Positions 41,401 through 51,234 of a stretch of 60,098 nt of DNA are shown in pieces. The DNA is taken from assembly GCA_029762535.1 (NCBI GenBank), contig JARVGK010000019.1, positions 1-60,098 on the forward strand, read 5' to 3'. Origin of the DNA: Thermoplasmatota archaeon (GTDB lineage Archaea > Thermoplasmatota > Penumbrarchaeia > Penumbrarchaeales > Penumbrarchaeaceae). Below the pieces are notes generated by a model, which did not search any database, was not told the DNA's origin, and saw only the letters and a list, made by a program, of their open reading frames with translations. Numbering within the stretch: position 1 is the first letter of the stretch; the number at the start of each line of letters is the position of its first letter. The translations under genes were made by a program, and so were the position numbers.

Positions 41401-41982
41401 GGCCTCGAAATCGAGGTTGTTATACTGCCCGAACAAATAATCAGGATAGTAGAAGTTGGTGGCAAGGGTTGCGTTCTTGTTCTCCGCGTCCACGGAGAAT
41501 ATGTCCAAGATGAGCTTGTCCACCTGGTTGGTGGAGGCATAGATGGAGAGGTTCACCTGGTAGAAATCAACGTCGCTGGGGTGAATGTTGTTCCCTCCTA
41601 TCCAGGAGGTGACGTTGTTCTCAATTTCATCTCCGTCGTAGACCAATGTGGCATTATCTATCGCATCGTTCTCGTCCTTGTCACCAGCCCCGGCCTCTGG
41701 ACCCCTGGATGGAGGCGGAGACCACTTCATGGACCATTCGTTGTACCTCTGTGCCATGAACTCCTCGATGCTGGTCGCATCATAGGTCTGGATCGTTGCG
41801 GCGCCGAGTTCGGCGAGCTCGTGGATGTCCCATACCTTATCTTCCTCTATTTCGAGGATCCCCTCAGCGGGCTCATCATCGACAAGGAGCTCATCCTCCG
41901 CTCCCGCTGGAGCGAAGAGGATGATGGACGATGTCAAGAGCATCAAAACGATGAAAGCGTTCAAGGCCAGTTTTCCATGCAT
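38488..41982 (-). CDS. Large surface protein with cadherin/Ig-like repeats, PKD, DxDxDG repeats and C-terminal TM
   Basis: VND.P repeats, WNFGDG, DSDGDGIPD..E / DGFTNLEEY..GT.P, TM then Pro/Glu-rich tail; start chosen after GGAGG. Confidence 0.85.
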   Translation of the reverse strand: MHGKLALNAFIVLMLLTSSIILFAPAGAEDELLVDDEPAEGILEIEEDKVWDIHELAELGAATIQTYDATSIEEFMAQRYNEWSMKWSPPPSRGPEAGAGDKDENDAIDNATLVYDGDEIENNVTSWIGGNNIHPSDVDFYQVNLSIYASTNQVDKLILDIFSVDAENKNATLATNFYYPDYLFGQYNNLDFEATGKFHGNHSRFVYIPKVDPNHLAVLPIVFRFMSWNSTKIDYSFKVTLEKVSQSNWNGEYSSGQFVNRTIKPANMQKVNISHDFMNWYDLTAAITDEGLQTTRDDHVRMSLKVDVATEERGQMFGYAGPALYNVKVNTTTIASVYFLWFNYSSQQVSVATVGGGNLPFVGILFGNDPINVGFNAQVSQAWLGISPLQLWLAGGQAFLGAEGNAEVQYNITNIAVQIIPPNDPPSLVKDIPDLAFDEDMGPWEDILDLEEYFNDDWSDGDLRFDVKAEGTPPSQLVVEVAPDGRHLRVEVTEDNWFTAAPVSFRVRAFDWGVDWKKDSGDDAMTPSNIFTVTILPVNDDAYIEKVDTLTGSAVNNHDWITFQITQAQSIRSKKIYGRDNDTADKNSLVYTHNATTPAFKLYTNGQFDFIPTNDDVGTTWIKVAIDDGNPPHEDDHCLLKFIVTNINDAPVLLSLRNMDTGDTVDLKTNTEARFYNVMEKREVNITAEAYDPDISIGQADSLTWMLGSIGWQATRHPTDPHKAYITYTPTNDDAIMGEARSTLYVMDAQKTQSKQIDIVLYVENVNDPPTILRINGEPVVNGAVTLDAENGKNGFEAELFIITVEAEDIDPRDAVKFSINDPAFTEIPDPEDDFTTTFSFLPTQDHVGIHQLIITVSDKKDKKDSVRVNYEIVNVNDPPVEPRIDMSAIGGFKVGSEIEFRSRDHFDPDGDELTFIWNFGDGSDPVYGETSRHTYEWPMSFIVTLTVRDPDGAEGVAKKTIIIAPSEEEVDPNLDSDGDGIPDWYEDQYTGFDKFKNDSYLDFDGDGFTNLEEYLAGTNPLIKGDHPPYPETDKGNDMLIILIIVIAAGIILIVIVVLFALLLRSPKQVQQPMMYAPEPEKQLPPAPKPQPQLPPQPKAAPPPPPEEDLLAGFVEEAEKDLTEEAKKDEEEENVWRPPEQNTEEEHSQVEDLFADDYTVKDGE

Positions 41983-42113
41983 GGGAGGTCCTCCAGATAC
42001 GATATAGACAGTTGCTGCAGGGTTCGACTCGTGCCCCTGCCTTCTCATCATGAGAAATCTCGATATTAAGTATTTACGGTCCCTTGTGGTCCGTTTATGT
42101 CATCCACGGGCGG

Positions 42114-42515
42114 TCACAGGACCCTGGCCCAGGCCTCCTCGGGGATATCGTCATAGACGCTGATGCCGTCGGGATCCACGCTGTCGCATTGGTCCGATCC
42201 TGCGCAGGCGACGGTGTTTATGGTGTTCTTCTTGAGGAGCCAGTAGTGTATCCTCCACTCCCTGCCGTCATAGAGGGTCGTTTCCTCCCTCTCGGTGACG
42301 AGCAGCCCGAAATCCTCGAGCATGTAGAAGAGATCGCGGTCCTCGGGCTCGAGAATGTTGTCCACGATCCGATCCCCGAAGCCGAAGAAGTTCAGGACAT
42401 GGTAGGCCATGTTCTGTGCGTCGTCCTTGGTCATGTTGTGCTCCTTGTACGAGTTCATTATCGCTGAGGTCAAACGATTCAAGCAAACGATCCTGTCCAT
42501 TGCCTTAAAATCCAT
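42114..42515 (-). CDS. DUF6015-like conserved protein
   Basis: VLNFFG..DRI.DN.LEPEDRD.FYMLED.GLL.TEREETTLYDGREWRIHYW, recognised from memory. Confidence 0.75.
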   Translation of the reverse strand: MDFKAMDRIVCLNRLTSAIMNSYKEHNMTKDDAQNMAYHVLNFFGFGDRIVDNILEPEDRDLFYMLEDFGLLVTEREETTLYDGREWRIHYWLLKKNTINTVACAGSDQCDSVDPDGISVYDDIPEEAWARVL

Positions 42516-42702
42516 CTATACACCTCGGAGAGGACTCGGTCGGGCCTTCGGCCCCTGGCACGAGCCGGCCATATTCAAGAATCCATATTTAAAGATTTTG
42601 GGCCAGAACCGTCCATTCGCGGGGTTTGGTTCCCGCTCCTCGTCCCAGAAAAATATTATAACAACAGGGACATTGCCCGGCATATATAGCCGGAGGGATC
42701 CC

Positions 42703-43206
42703 TTGGCGGACGACGACAAGAAGCATCAGAAGAGGCTCAAGGAGGCCAGGAAGGTCCTCGAGAAGAACTATCGCCTCTATCAGGAGGGAAAGATCACCAC
42801 CGACGAGCTCAAAGAGAAGCTGAGGCCCTACAAAGCGGAGCTCATCGAGCTGAAGCTTCTAAAACCCGACAAGGCCGAGGAGAGGCCTCCGGAGGCCGTA
42901 GAGGCCAGGACCATGCCGTTAACGATAAGGGCCGGGCCATGGAAGAGAACGTCCACCCTCACGGAGGACGAGGTCCGCCGTAGGATAGACCAGATATCTT
43001 CACGAGGCCCCTCAGATGGATTGAAGGAGGTCTACAGGCAGCGTTTCGGCGAGGACCTATCCCCGCCGTCCGAAAAGGTCCTCTTCGAGATAAGGGAAAG
43101 GGCCGCAGAGGCCCCCGAAGAAGAGCAAGCCGTGGAAGAGGGGCCCAGGGATATGTCGGACAGGTCCAAAGGCTTCCTCAAGACCCTCTTCAAAAGGGGC
43201 AGATGA
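42703..43206 (+). CDS. Hypothetical protein (SHOCT-like N-terminus, amphipathic C-terminus)
   Basis: TTG start after GGAGGG; LYQEGKITTDELKEK; ends KGFLKTLFKRGR. Confidence 0.7.
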   Translation: MADDDKKHQKRLKEARKVLEKNYRLYQEGKITTDELKEKLRPYKAELIELKLLKPDKAEERPPEAVEARTMPLTIRAGPWKRTSTLTEDEVRRRIDQISSRGPSDGLKEVYRQRFGEDLSPPSEKVLFEIRERAAEAPEEEQAVEEGPRDMSDRSKGFLKTLFKRGR

Positions 43207-43227
43207 TAAAGACAGGAGGAACGATCA

Positions 43228-44145
43228 TTGGATAACCGAAACGATTATGATCAGGCCACGACGGTCTTCTCTCCGGACGGCAGGGTGTATCAGGTGGAAT
43301 ACGCCAGAGAGGCCATCAAGAGAGGCGGCCTAGCCATGGCCATGAAGTTCAAGGACGGCATCATATTCACGATAGACAAGACAATGCACTCCAAATTGGT
43401 GGAGGAGGACGATCTGCGCAAGTTCTACAGGATAACGTCCTCCGTCGGCGCGGCGGCCTCCGGCCTCATCGCCGATGCCAGGGTGCTGTGCGATATCCTG
43501 CGGGACATATCCCAGGAGGAATACAAACGCTACGGGGAGCAGGTAGACGTCAAGTACCTCGTCAACAGGATATCTAGAATATGCGAGATATACACGAGGT
43601 ACGAGGGCGTCAGGCCGTTCGGAACCTCTTTGATAATCGGAGGCAAGGATTCCACCGGATACAGGCTATACGAGACCGATCCCTCCGGCGTGTATCAGGA
43701 GAGGGCCGCAACGGCCATCGGGACCGGCTCGGAGATCGCGCTGCCCCTTCTTGAGAAGGGATACATCCCCGAAATGGAGAGGAGCGCCGCCCAGGTCCTG
43801 ATCTGCGATATACTCAAGGAGATCATATCCGCCCGTGATCCGGACGAAATCTCTGACCTTGAGGTCCATATAGTCACGGACGAAGGCTTCGTGATGATAG
43901 ATATCGATAGGGACCGCCTCATAAAGGGCTATCCTGGCGAATTATGTCCGGCAAGACCGGGAGCGGATGATCTTGACGCTTTCCTGGACTCGATCGGTGG
44001 ATTGTCCATCGATCTAAAGAGCGCGTTGAATGAACATTACTCTTCGAGGCAGGCCCTTGCCGATGCGAAGGATTCGGACCTCCTCAAGATCAAGGGCATG
44101 GGCCCCGCTATCCTCAAGAGGATAAGGAAGGCCCAGGAAGGTTGA
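43228..44145 (+). CDS. psmA: Proteasome alpha subunit with C-terminal tandem helix-hairpin-helix extension
   Basis: YD..TVFSPDGR.YQVEYAREA, SGL.ADARVL, RPFG.SL, TDPSG, AIG.G; extension LDSIGGLS...DLLKIKGMGP. Confidence 0.88.
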   Translation: MDNRNDYDQATTVFSPDGRVYQVEYAREAIKRGGLAMAMKFKDGIIFTIDKTMHSKLVEEDDLRKFYRITSSVGAAASGLIADARVLCDILRDISQEEYKRYGEQVDVKYLVNRISRICEIYTRYEGVRPFGTSLIIGGKDSTGYRLYETDPSGVYQERAATAIGTGSEIALPLLEKGYIPEMERSAAQVLICDILKEIISARDPDEISDLEVHIVTDEGFVMIDIDRDRLIKGYPGELCPARPGADDLDAFLDSIGGLSIDLKSALNEHYSSRQALADAKDSDLLKIKGMGPAILKRIRKAQEG

Positions 44146-44149
44146 GGGG

Positions 44150-45081
<932 letters not shown>

Positions 45082-46296
45082 TCAGCACTCCTCCTCCTTG
45101 ATCCTGCTTATGATCCTCGTGGTGCAGTCTATATCCCCCTGCCTCTTCCTGAGCCTCTTCACCTTCGAGCCGATCCCCCTCTCCCTCAGCTGTGACTCAA
45201 GTTGGGCCGTCTCCGGTTCCTGATCGTAGCCAAGTACTATCATGTCAGGCCCCAGCTCCTTGACGATCCTGAGCGGATCCGCCTCATACCCCAGCAGGGC
45301 GAGGTCCACGATCCCGAGCGATTCGACCATCTCCCTTCTCGCCCTCTCGTTGTTTATGGGCTTCCTTTTTTGTCTCCTGACGGTGGAGTCCCTTGCCACG
45401 ACCACGACCAGCTCGTCGCCCAGCCGCTTCGCCTGGCTCAAGAAGCTCAGGTGGCCTGGATGCAGAATGTCGAAGACCCCGGTCGCCATCACCCGGACCC
45501 CGCCTCTGTTCGGAAAGGATATGAGGCCCTTGTCCAGCTCAGAAGGCTCCGTATCGGTCTGATCGGGCGGCCTGTAGGTGCGCTTCCATTCGCCTTCCCA
45601 TGCACTCCAGGCATCTATGATCTGCTTTCCCTCGAGGAAGGGGATCCCGTTCTGTCGGGCGTATTCCATCACCGAGGCCTTGGGCATCGCCCTGCCGTTG
45701 TCGCCCATTATCTCGCATCCGACGGTCACCCCGGAGAGGCCAGCCATGGTCGATAGGGCGCAGGATAGCTCGGTATGCCCGAACCTGTTCTCAAGGATGC
45801 GGTCCGATCCAAGGCATATCGGGACGTGGCCAGGTGTCCTGAATCGCTCCCCGAACAGCTGTATGGCGTCGGCGTAATCCAAGTCCGCGGTCTCCATGGC
45901 GGTAAGGGCGAAGTCCTGCACCGTCAGCGCCCGATCGTTGTCCGTTATCCCTGTGAAAGTTCTCCTGTGATTGATCGATATCGAGAAGGATGACTTGGTA
46001 TCGTATGGTATGTCGTCAGGGATCAGGGTGTCTATCACCGGATATCGATGGTTCATTCCGGGGTACAGGTCCTGCAGGAACGGCAGCCCCAACTTGTCCC
46101 TTATATCGGGCCTTACCATGAGGAATATCAGCCCTCCCCCCTCCTTCCTCATGGTCCTGATGTGCTCGCTCTTGCAGAACTCCGCGGCGAGGAAGAAATC
46201 GCACTCCTCCTCTCTGCCATCCGCATCGTAAACCAGTGCGAAACTGCCATCTTTGAGGCTCTCGATCGCTCTTTCCACGTTATCCGGGGCCATCAT
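45082..46296 (-). CDS. ribB: Fused 3,4-dihydroxy-2-butanone-4-phosphate synthase (RibB) and FAD synthase (RibL)
   Basis: N-terminal D.DGRE.E.D, TGITD.DRALT, PGHV, GHTE, CE; C-terminal ATGVFDILHPGH, VVVVARD, LGYDQ. Confidence 0.88.
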   Translation of the reverse strand: MMAPDNVERAIESLKDGSFALVYDADGREEECDFFLAAEFCKSEHIRTMRKEGGGLIFLMVRPDIRDKLGLPFLQDLYPGMNHRYPVIDTLIPDDIPYDTKSSFSISINHRRTFTGITDNDRALTVQDFALTAMETADLDYADAIQLFGERFRTPGHVPICLGSDRILENRFGHTELSCALSTMAGLSGVTVGCEIMGDNGRAMPKASVMEYARQNGIPFLEGKQIIDAWSAWEGEWKRTYRPPDQTDTEPSELDKGLISFPNRGGVRVMATGVFDILHPGHLSFLSQAKRLGDELVVVVARDSTVRRQKRKPINNERARREMVESLGIVDLALLGYEADPLRIVKELGPDMIVLGYDQEPETAQLESQLRERGIGSKVKRLRKRQGDIDCTTRIISRIKEEEC

Positions 46297-46351
46297 CTTC
46301 CCTCAAATATGTGTTGTAATTAAATATTTTGTAGCTACCAATATATTGGTA

Positions 46352-47260
46352 TTAATCATCCTCTTCCATGGGGGTCATGAGCTCCTTGGCGTGAAGCGCT
46401 CCGGTCCTTTCCCGCTCATCCCTGCCCGTAACGTCCTCGAGCCTGTAGACCCGTCCCTCCAGCTCCAGTGCGCTGTCCATTATTGACCGGGATTCGGAGT
46501 CCTTCCCCATCTTCTGCAGTATCCTGCCTTTGGAATAAAGTGCGGGATAGTAGGACGGGTCCATGTTTATCGTTTCCTCGTAGGCCTCCAGAGCCCCCTC
46601 TATGTCCCCGAGGGCCTCCCGGACAAAACCCAGATTGTTCATCACGTGCGGCCTCTGCAGCCCCGCATCGATGCACTCCTCGAGCGCCCCGGAGGCATCC
46701 TCGAGGCGCCCCATTTTGATCAGGACGATCGCCAGGTCGGACAGGACCTCCACGGGGGCTTCCTCCATTTCGAGAGCGCTCTCGTACATCTCCAGAGCTC
46801 CATCGAGCATCCCCATCTCCCTTCTCAGAAAACCGAGGGTCGATAGGACCCTCCAGTCGTGAACTTTTTTTGAGATCCCTTCGTACAGACACATGGCGCT
46901 GGCGTAGCTCCTGTTCTGGAGCAGGTGGGACCCTATGGAATCCATCAGCGAAAGGATGCTTTCCTTGTCCATTTCCAAGAGTCCCTGCTGGGATCGCAGG
47001 ACGTCCAGGATATACTCCGATTCCTCGAAGCTCCCATTGCAGCTCACTGTCATCTCCAGATGCCCGAGGGCGGACATAGGGTCCCCATCCGCGAGATCGA
47101 GTATCCCCAAAAGCTCCCATGCCCTTCCAAGTGATGGATCCACCCCCATTGCCGCCCCGGCGCTCTCCCTGCATGCGGGATAATCACCTCTGGAAAATGC
47201 CTCCTCCGCCCTGCCAAGGTCCGCAACGGCCTCCACGTGCTCATCATATTCGGGTTCCAT
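46352..47260 (-). CDS. TPR repeat protein
   Basis: Several A-G-A..Y..A TPR repeats. Confidence 0.85.
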   Translation of the reverse strand: MEPEYDEHVEAVADLGRAEEAFSRGDYPACRESAGAAMGVDPSLGRAWELLGILDLADGDPMSALGHLEMTVSCNGSFEESEYILDVLRSQQGLLEMDKESILSLMDSIGSHLLQNRSYASAMCLYEGISKKVHDWRVLSTLGFLRREMGMLDGALEMYESALEMEEAPVEVLSDLAIVLIKMGRLEDASGALEECIDAGLQRPHVMNNLGFVREALGDIEGALEAYEETINMDPSYYPALYSKGRILQKMGKDSESRSIMDSALELEGRVYRLEDVTGRDERERTGALHAKELMTPMEEDD

Positions 47261-47285
47261 CCATTACAACTCCGTTCTCAGGGTA

Positions 47286-47819
47286 TCAACCTCTGCTCCA
47301 TCCTTCGGCTTCGAGGGCCTCCTCGGGTTTTATCGAACTGAAGTCCGCTATGGAATAATGCCTGTTGCAGCGCGGGCAGGAGAGTATCGCCGAGCCGTAT
47401 ACCATCAGGGGGTCCAGGCACATAGGGCACAGCGGTTTCTCCCTGTACGTATAGGACGTGTAGGTCCTATGGCCATTCTGGCACTGTCTCCCATTGACGT
47501 TCATCGTCATCAGGGTCACGGACCTCTTCGAGATCTCGCTGCCCATGAGCTTCAGCCCGCCCACCTTGATCTTGGCACCCTCGACCTCATGCTGGACCTC
47601 CTCGTTCTGTTCTAGCGTTGGGGCGCCGCACACTTTGCAAGGAGATGTATGGTCGTAGCTTCGGTTTTTGTGTGCGAAGCGCTTGATCTCATCCTCTTCG
47701 ACCTCCAGCGCCCTTTTTTTTCGCCTCTCCTCCTCAACCGATATATCGAACCCGCATTTGTGACAGGTGTGGGCGGCCGGGTCCTTCTGATAGGCACTGC
47801 AGTTGGGGCAGTATAGCAT
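47286..47819 (-). CDS. Multi-zinc-ribbon hypothetical protein
   Basis: CPNC, CHKC, CKVC, CQNGH, CPMC, CPRC. Confidence 0.7.
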   Translation of the reverse strand: MLYCPNCSAYQKDPAAHTCHKCGFDISVEEERRKKRALEVEEDEIKRFAHKNRSYDHTSPCKVCGAPTLEQNEEVQHEVEGAKIKVGGLKLMGSEISKRSVTLMTMNVNGRQCQNGHRTYTSYTYREKPLCPMCLDPLMVYGSAILSCPRCNRHYSIADFSSIKPEEALEAEGWSRG

Positions 47820-47853
47820 GCGCTTCCCGCATCATGTTACGTGACCTAATACT

Positions 47854-49611
47854 TTACGTTCGGCGTTTTGTCCTGGCGTAACGATATATGCCGGCAGCCA
47901 CGATGGCGCAGGCAACGATCGCGATGAGCGCCAGCGCTCCTCCGGTTCGAATCGCCTCCAGGGGGCCGGGATCGGCCCTTCTCATGGTCAATTCGATCTC
48001 TCCGTAACCGTAGAGCTCGTATGTGGTCTCGCCCTCCAGGCCGGACCCGGAAGCTTTTATTGTGTACAGGGAGGAAGGCATCATCTCCAGGCGGAGAACG
48101 CCGCTGCCATCGGAGGAGGCCTGGAACGTCGCTCCGTCAACGAGCGAGGTGAAGTTCACGGTCGCATGAGGAACGGGTCCACCTTTTCCGTCAAGGAGGG
48201 TCACCTTGCAGTCGGAGAGGGCCGAGAAGGCCGCGAAGGGGCGTGGGATTATGTCTATGAGATCGTCGAAAGCGTACTGGGGATGCTCCCTTGCATGGTC
48301 GGCGGCTATGAAGGGCGCTCCGCAGGAATGTCCGAACCTGCAGAACGTCTCCATGCGATAGGCCAGGGACCTGTTGGTGGCCTTTGCGTCCAGGGATCCG
48401 TGGGGGTAACCCGAGGCGTTCTCGACATGGCCGCAAAGTGTGTGCGAGCACGGGTTCTCCTTGTTCTCAACGGTGTCGTAATGGTCCCCGAGGTATCCCA
48501 TGGCATCGAAGACGGTGATATTGCCGTAGTCCCTCTCCCTTATCTGCTCCCATCTCACATACCTCGGGTAGCTGCCGTGGTCCCATTCCCTCGGAGCCCC
48601 CATCTCCCTTGCGACGGTCTCGTCCCAGGGATAGTTGCACGATGGTATGAAACCGTTCATCGTCCGCTTGATCGCCCATTCCCTGGCACCGAGCTCGAGA
48701 ATGGCCACCTCGTTGGTCTTGGCGTCGGCGAGAAGGTAATCGCCGCAGTATGCACCGTTCGTGTTCTCGAGCATGATGTCCTTGAAGGAATCTATGGAAT
48801 CGGCGAACTGCACCGCCTTTCTGAGCCTGACGAAAGAGGGCGTGCCCCCCCAGATATAGGGCCCCCTTCCCAGAGTGGTCTCGGCTATCACAAGGCCGGC
48901 CGAGTTCTGGTACCATTCGGTCCCGGACCATATCATTCCGGCCGTCACCTCCATGAAGAACCTGTTGCCCACATCCGGTATGACGTCCATGAAGACGGCA
49001 TGGGCGGGCGAGAGGAAGTAAGGCATCCACAGGCTCTGTGCGATCACGAATCCACCATCGGCCGTGGCGTCCCCTGTAGCCACGAAAGCGCTGCAATGAT
49101 GTATCATCTCGATCCCCAGCGAGGCGCTGCTCCCAGGCAGCCACCACAGAGGGTTTCCCGGGGGGGACGCCCTCCACCATATGTCCCATATTGCGTTGAG
49201 AGAGAGGATGTCTATCCAATCCACCGGGTCGTTGTTGGGATTCCTCGCGCCCATCTCGCTCGCTCCCCTGGCGATGCCCTCGATCTCCGTCCTCTGATCG
49301 GCCGGGACATAGAACCAGTAGGCCCTGCCGTGCAGTCGGACCTGGCTCCAGCTGAGGTCGTTGCTTCTCTCTGTCGCGTGGGCATAGGCCGATAAGGAGC
49401 GCTCGATCAGATCGTGCAGCATTACACCGTGTTGGTATCCTATCCTGTCCGGCGATCCCCGGACCTGAACGTAGCGGAACCCTTCCTTCTCGGTCATGAA
49501 TCCACCGTGAAGATGGATCTCTCCCGATGGGACCAATGAGAAGGCAGGGATCGAGATGAGGCAGAGGAGCATCAGGGGGGCGATCGCCTTGACCATTACC
49601 GAACGATACAT
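47854..49611 (-). CDS. Secreted membrane-anchored Ntn hydrolase (C45 peptidase / phospholipase B-like)
   Basis: G.QHG, HHCSAF.ATG (Cys nucleophile), N.AGL..AETT, signal peptide and C-terminal TM. Confidence 0.8.
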   Translation of the reverse strand: MYRSVMVKAIAPLMLLCLISIPAFSLVPSGEIHLHGGFMTEKEGFRYVQVRGSPDRIGYQHGVMLHDLIERSLSAYAHATERSNDLSWSQVRLHGRAYWFYVPADQRTEIEGIARGASEMGARNPNNDPVDWIDILSLNAIWDIWWRASPPGNPLWWLPGSSASLGIEMIHHCSAFVATGDATADGGFVIAQSLWMPYFLSPAHAVFMDVIPDVGNRFFMEVTAGMIWSGTEWYQNSAGLVIAETTLGRGPYIWGGTPSFVRLRKAVQFADSIDSFKDIMLENTNGAYCGDYLLADAKTNEVAILELGAREWAIKRTMNGFIPSCNYPWDETVAREMGAPREWDHGSYPRYVRWEQIRERDYGNITVFDAMGYLGDHYDTVENKENPCSHTLCGHVENASGYPHGSLDAKATNRSLAYRMETFCRFGHSCGAPFIAADHAREHPQYAFDDLIDIIPRPFAAFSALSDCKVTLLDGKGGPVPHATVNFTSLVDGATFQASSDGSGVLRLEMMPSSLYTIKASGSGLEGETTYELYGYGEIELTMRRADPGPLEAIRTGGALALIAIVACAIVAAGIYRYARTKRRT

Positions 49612-49613
49612 GA

Positions 49614-50534
49614 TCAGCACCTCTTCCTAACGTACCCGATTACCGCGGCCAGGCACACTGCCGATACTATCAGGGGGATCTCCAATCCGGGCAGGGAGAC
49701 GCCTCTCTGCCTTATGTAGAAAGTATGGTAGACGACCTCGGAGAGGGCGTTGTCGTTGATGGCCTGCATCGAGGAAACCGAGAACTTGATGGGCGTCACG
49801 CTGTTCGTGTATGGGTGCCATTTCACGGGGGTCGTGACCCGGAATGTTATCGTTCTCTCCTCGGTATAGTTCAATGTGAAGGAGCTTATCTGGTACTGGA
49901 CCGTCCAGCCGTTCGATTCTAGCATTTCCTTGTTGACCAGGTCGAGAGCGATCCTGTCGTCCCCGTTCCCCTCGTTTATGACCTTGATCTGCAGAAGCAG
50001 TTCGCTTCCGGGCGCGGTCTGCATGTAAGCCCTCGGGCTCTCCACGCGGTAAAGGTAATACTGGTCTATGTCCAGGATAAAGGTCTGTGATATCACATCT
50101 CCTGTTATCGAACCCGGTTCGTATCTCCACCTTCCGTTCACGGAGAAGACCTGTTCGTCGATGTCGGTGAGCTCCGTGCAGGGATGTCCCGGCGGGACCT
50201 GCAGGGAGAAGGAGAACCGGGCCTCCCTTGTTGAGGAGAACAGGACAATGGGGGCGATCTCTGTGACCTCGAATATGCCCGCATCCACCCACAGCTCGAC
50301 GATCGCGAACTGGGCCTGGACATCGATCGGTTCGGTCGCGACGATCGTTCCAGTGTATGTCACCACGCCGTCCCAGCCGGGCCCCACGCTGGCGATCGCC
50401 GGCATCGGGTCCATGATTATGGAGACGGCCACCTCGCCTATGGCATCCGCCTCCTCATGCAGGAAGGATGCGGCTAGAAGCGATAGGATCGCTGCGATCA
50501 TCAATAACGTGGTCGATCTGGAGGAGGGACCCAT
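49614..50534 (-). CDS. Secreted Ig-like protein (choice-of-anchor T-like) with PGF-CTERM-like tail
   Basis: Signal peptide, V.PG..G.V...G, N.GNG.D, C-terminal LPGLE-hydrophobic-RKR. Confidence 0.65.
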   Translation of the reverse strand: MGPSSRSTTLLMIAAILSLLAASFLHEEADAIGEVAVSIIMDPMPAIASVGPGWDGVVTYTGTIVATEPIDVQAQFAIVELWVDAGIFEVTEIAPIVLFSSTREARFSFSLQVPPGHPCTELTDIDEQVFSVNGRWRYEPGSITGDVISQTFILDIDQYYLYRVESPRAYMQTAPGSELLLQIKVINEGNGDDRIALDLVNKEMLESNGWTVQYQISSFTLNYTEERTITFRVTTPVKWHPYTNSVTPIKFSVSSMQAINDNALSEVVYHTFYIRQRGVSLPGLEIPLIVSAVCLAAVIGYVRKRC

Positions 50535-50642
50535 CGGGACGATAAAGTGTTACAGGGATATATAAATCTCCGTCACCTGAGCAAGGGGCATCATTTAATT
50601 ATACGGTCAATCCCATACCCTGTCGCGAGGCTCCCGGGCGAA

Positions 50643-51224
50643 ATGATTCGGGGGGTGGTATGTCTGAAAAGGGATTCTGTTGGCGTTTTCATAGACGGGG
50701 ATTATCTGGACGGCATTCTGAGGAGCGAGTTCGAGTCCACGAGAATGGATTTCATGACCTTCTCGCAGATCATTATTCCCGAGGGGTCGCATCGCTTCAG
50801 GACGTATTACTACAAGTCCGTCCCATATCTCGGGTCCGAGACCAGCGATGAGGAGCGCTACCGCTCTGAAGGCGTGGAGAAGTTCCTGCAGTCCTTGAGG
50901 CATCTCCCCCGTTTCAAGGTCAGGCTCGGGGAGCTGAACCGATCCCCCGACGGACAGTTCAAGAGAAAGGGCCTGGCCGTATCGATGACCGTCGATGTCA
51001 TAAGGCTCTCTTCCGAGAGGATCATAGACAACATATTCCTCGTCTGCGCCGATCCGGAGGTGCTCCCGATGATATCCGCAGCTAGGGACATGGGCGCCAT
51101 AGTCCGGCTGTATCACGGCGAGAACGTCCCGGAGAGGATGCTCGCCGAGGTGGATGAATCGGTGCGGATAGATGCCGATATCGTGAGCAGATGCATGAGG
51201 CCTTCTGCCGATAACGGCCGGTAA
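50643..51224 (+). CDS. NYN/LabA (DUF88) domain protein with degenerate active site
   Basis: VFIDG.YL, R.YYY, G..V, L....D; start uncertain (ATG 50643 or CTG 50664). Confidence 0.75.
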   Translation: MIRGVVCLKRDSVGVFIDGDYLDGILRSEFESTRMDFMTFSQIIIPEGSHRFRTYYYKSVPYLGSETSDEERYRSEGVEKFLQSLRHLPRFKVRLGELNRSPDGQFKRKGLAVSMTVDVIRLSSERIIDNIFLVCADPEVLPMISAARDMGAIVRLYHGENVPERMLAEVDESVRIDADIVSRCMRPSADNGR

Positions 51225-51234
51225 AGGGATGCGC

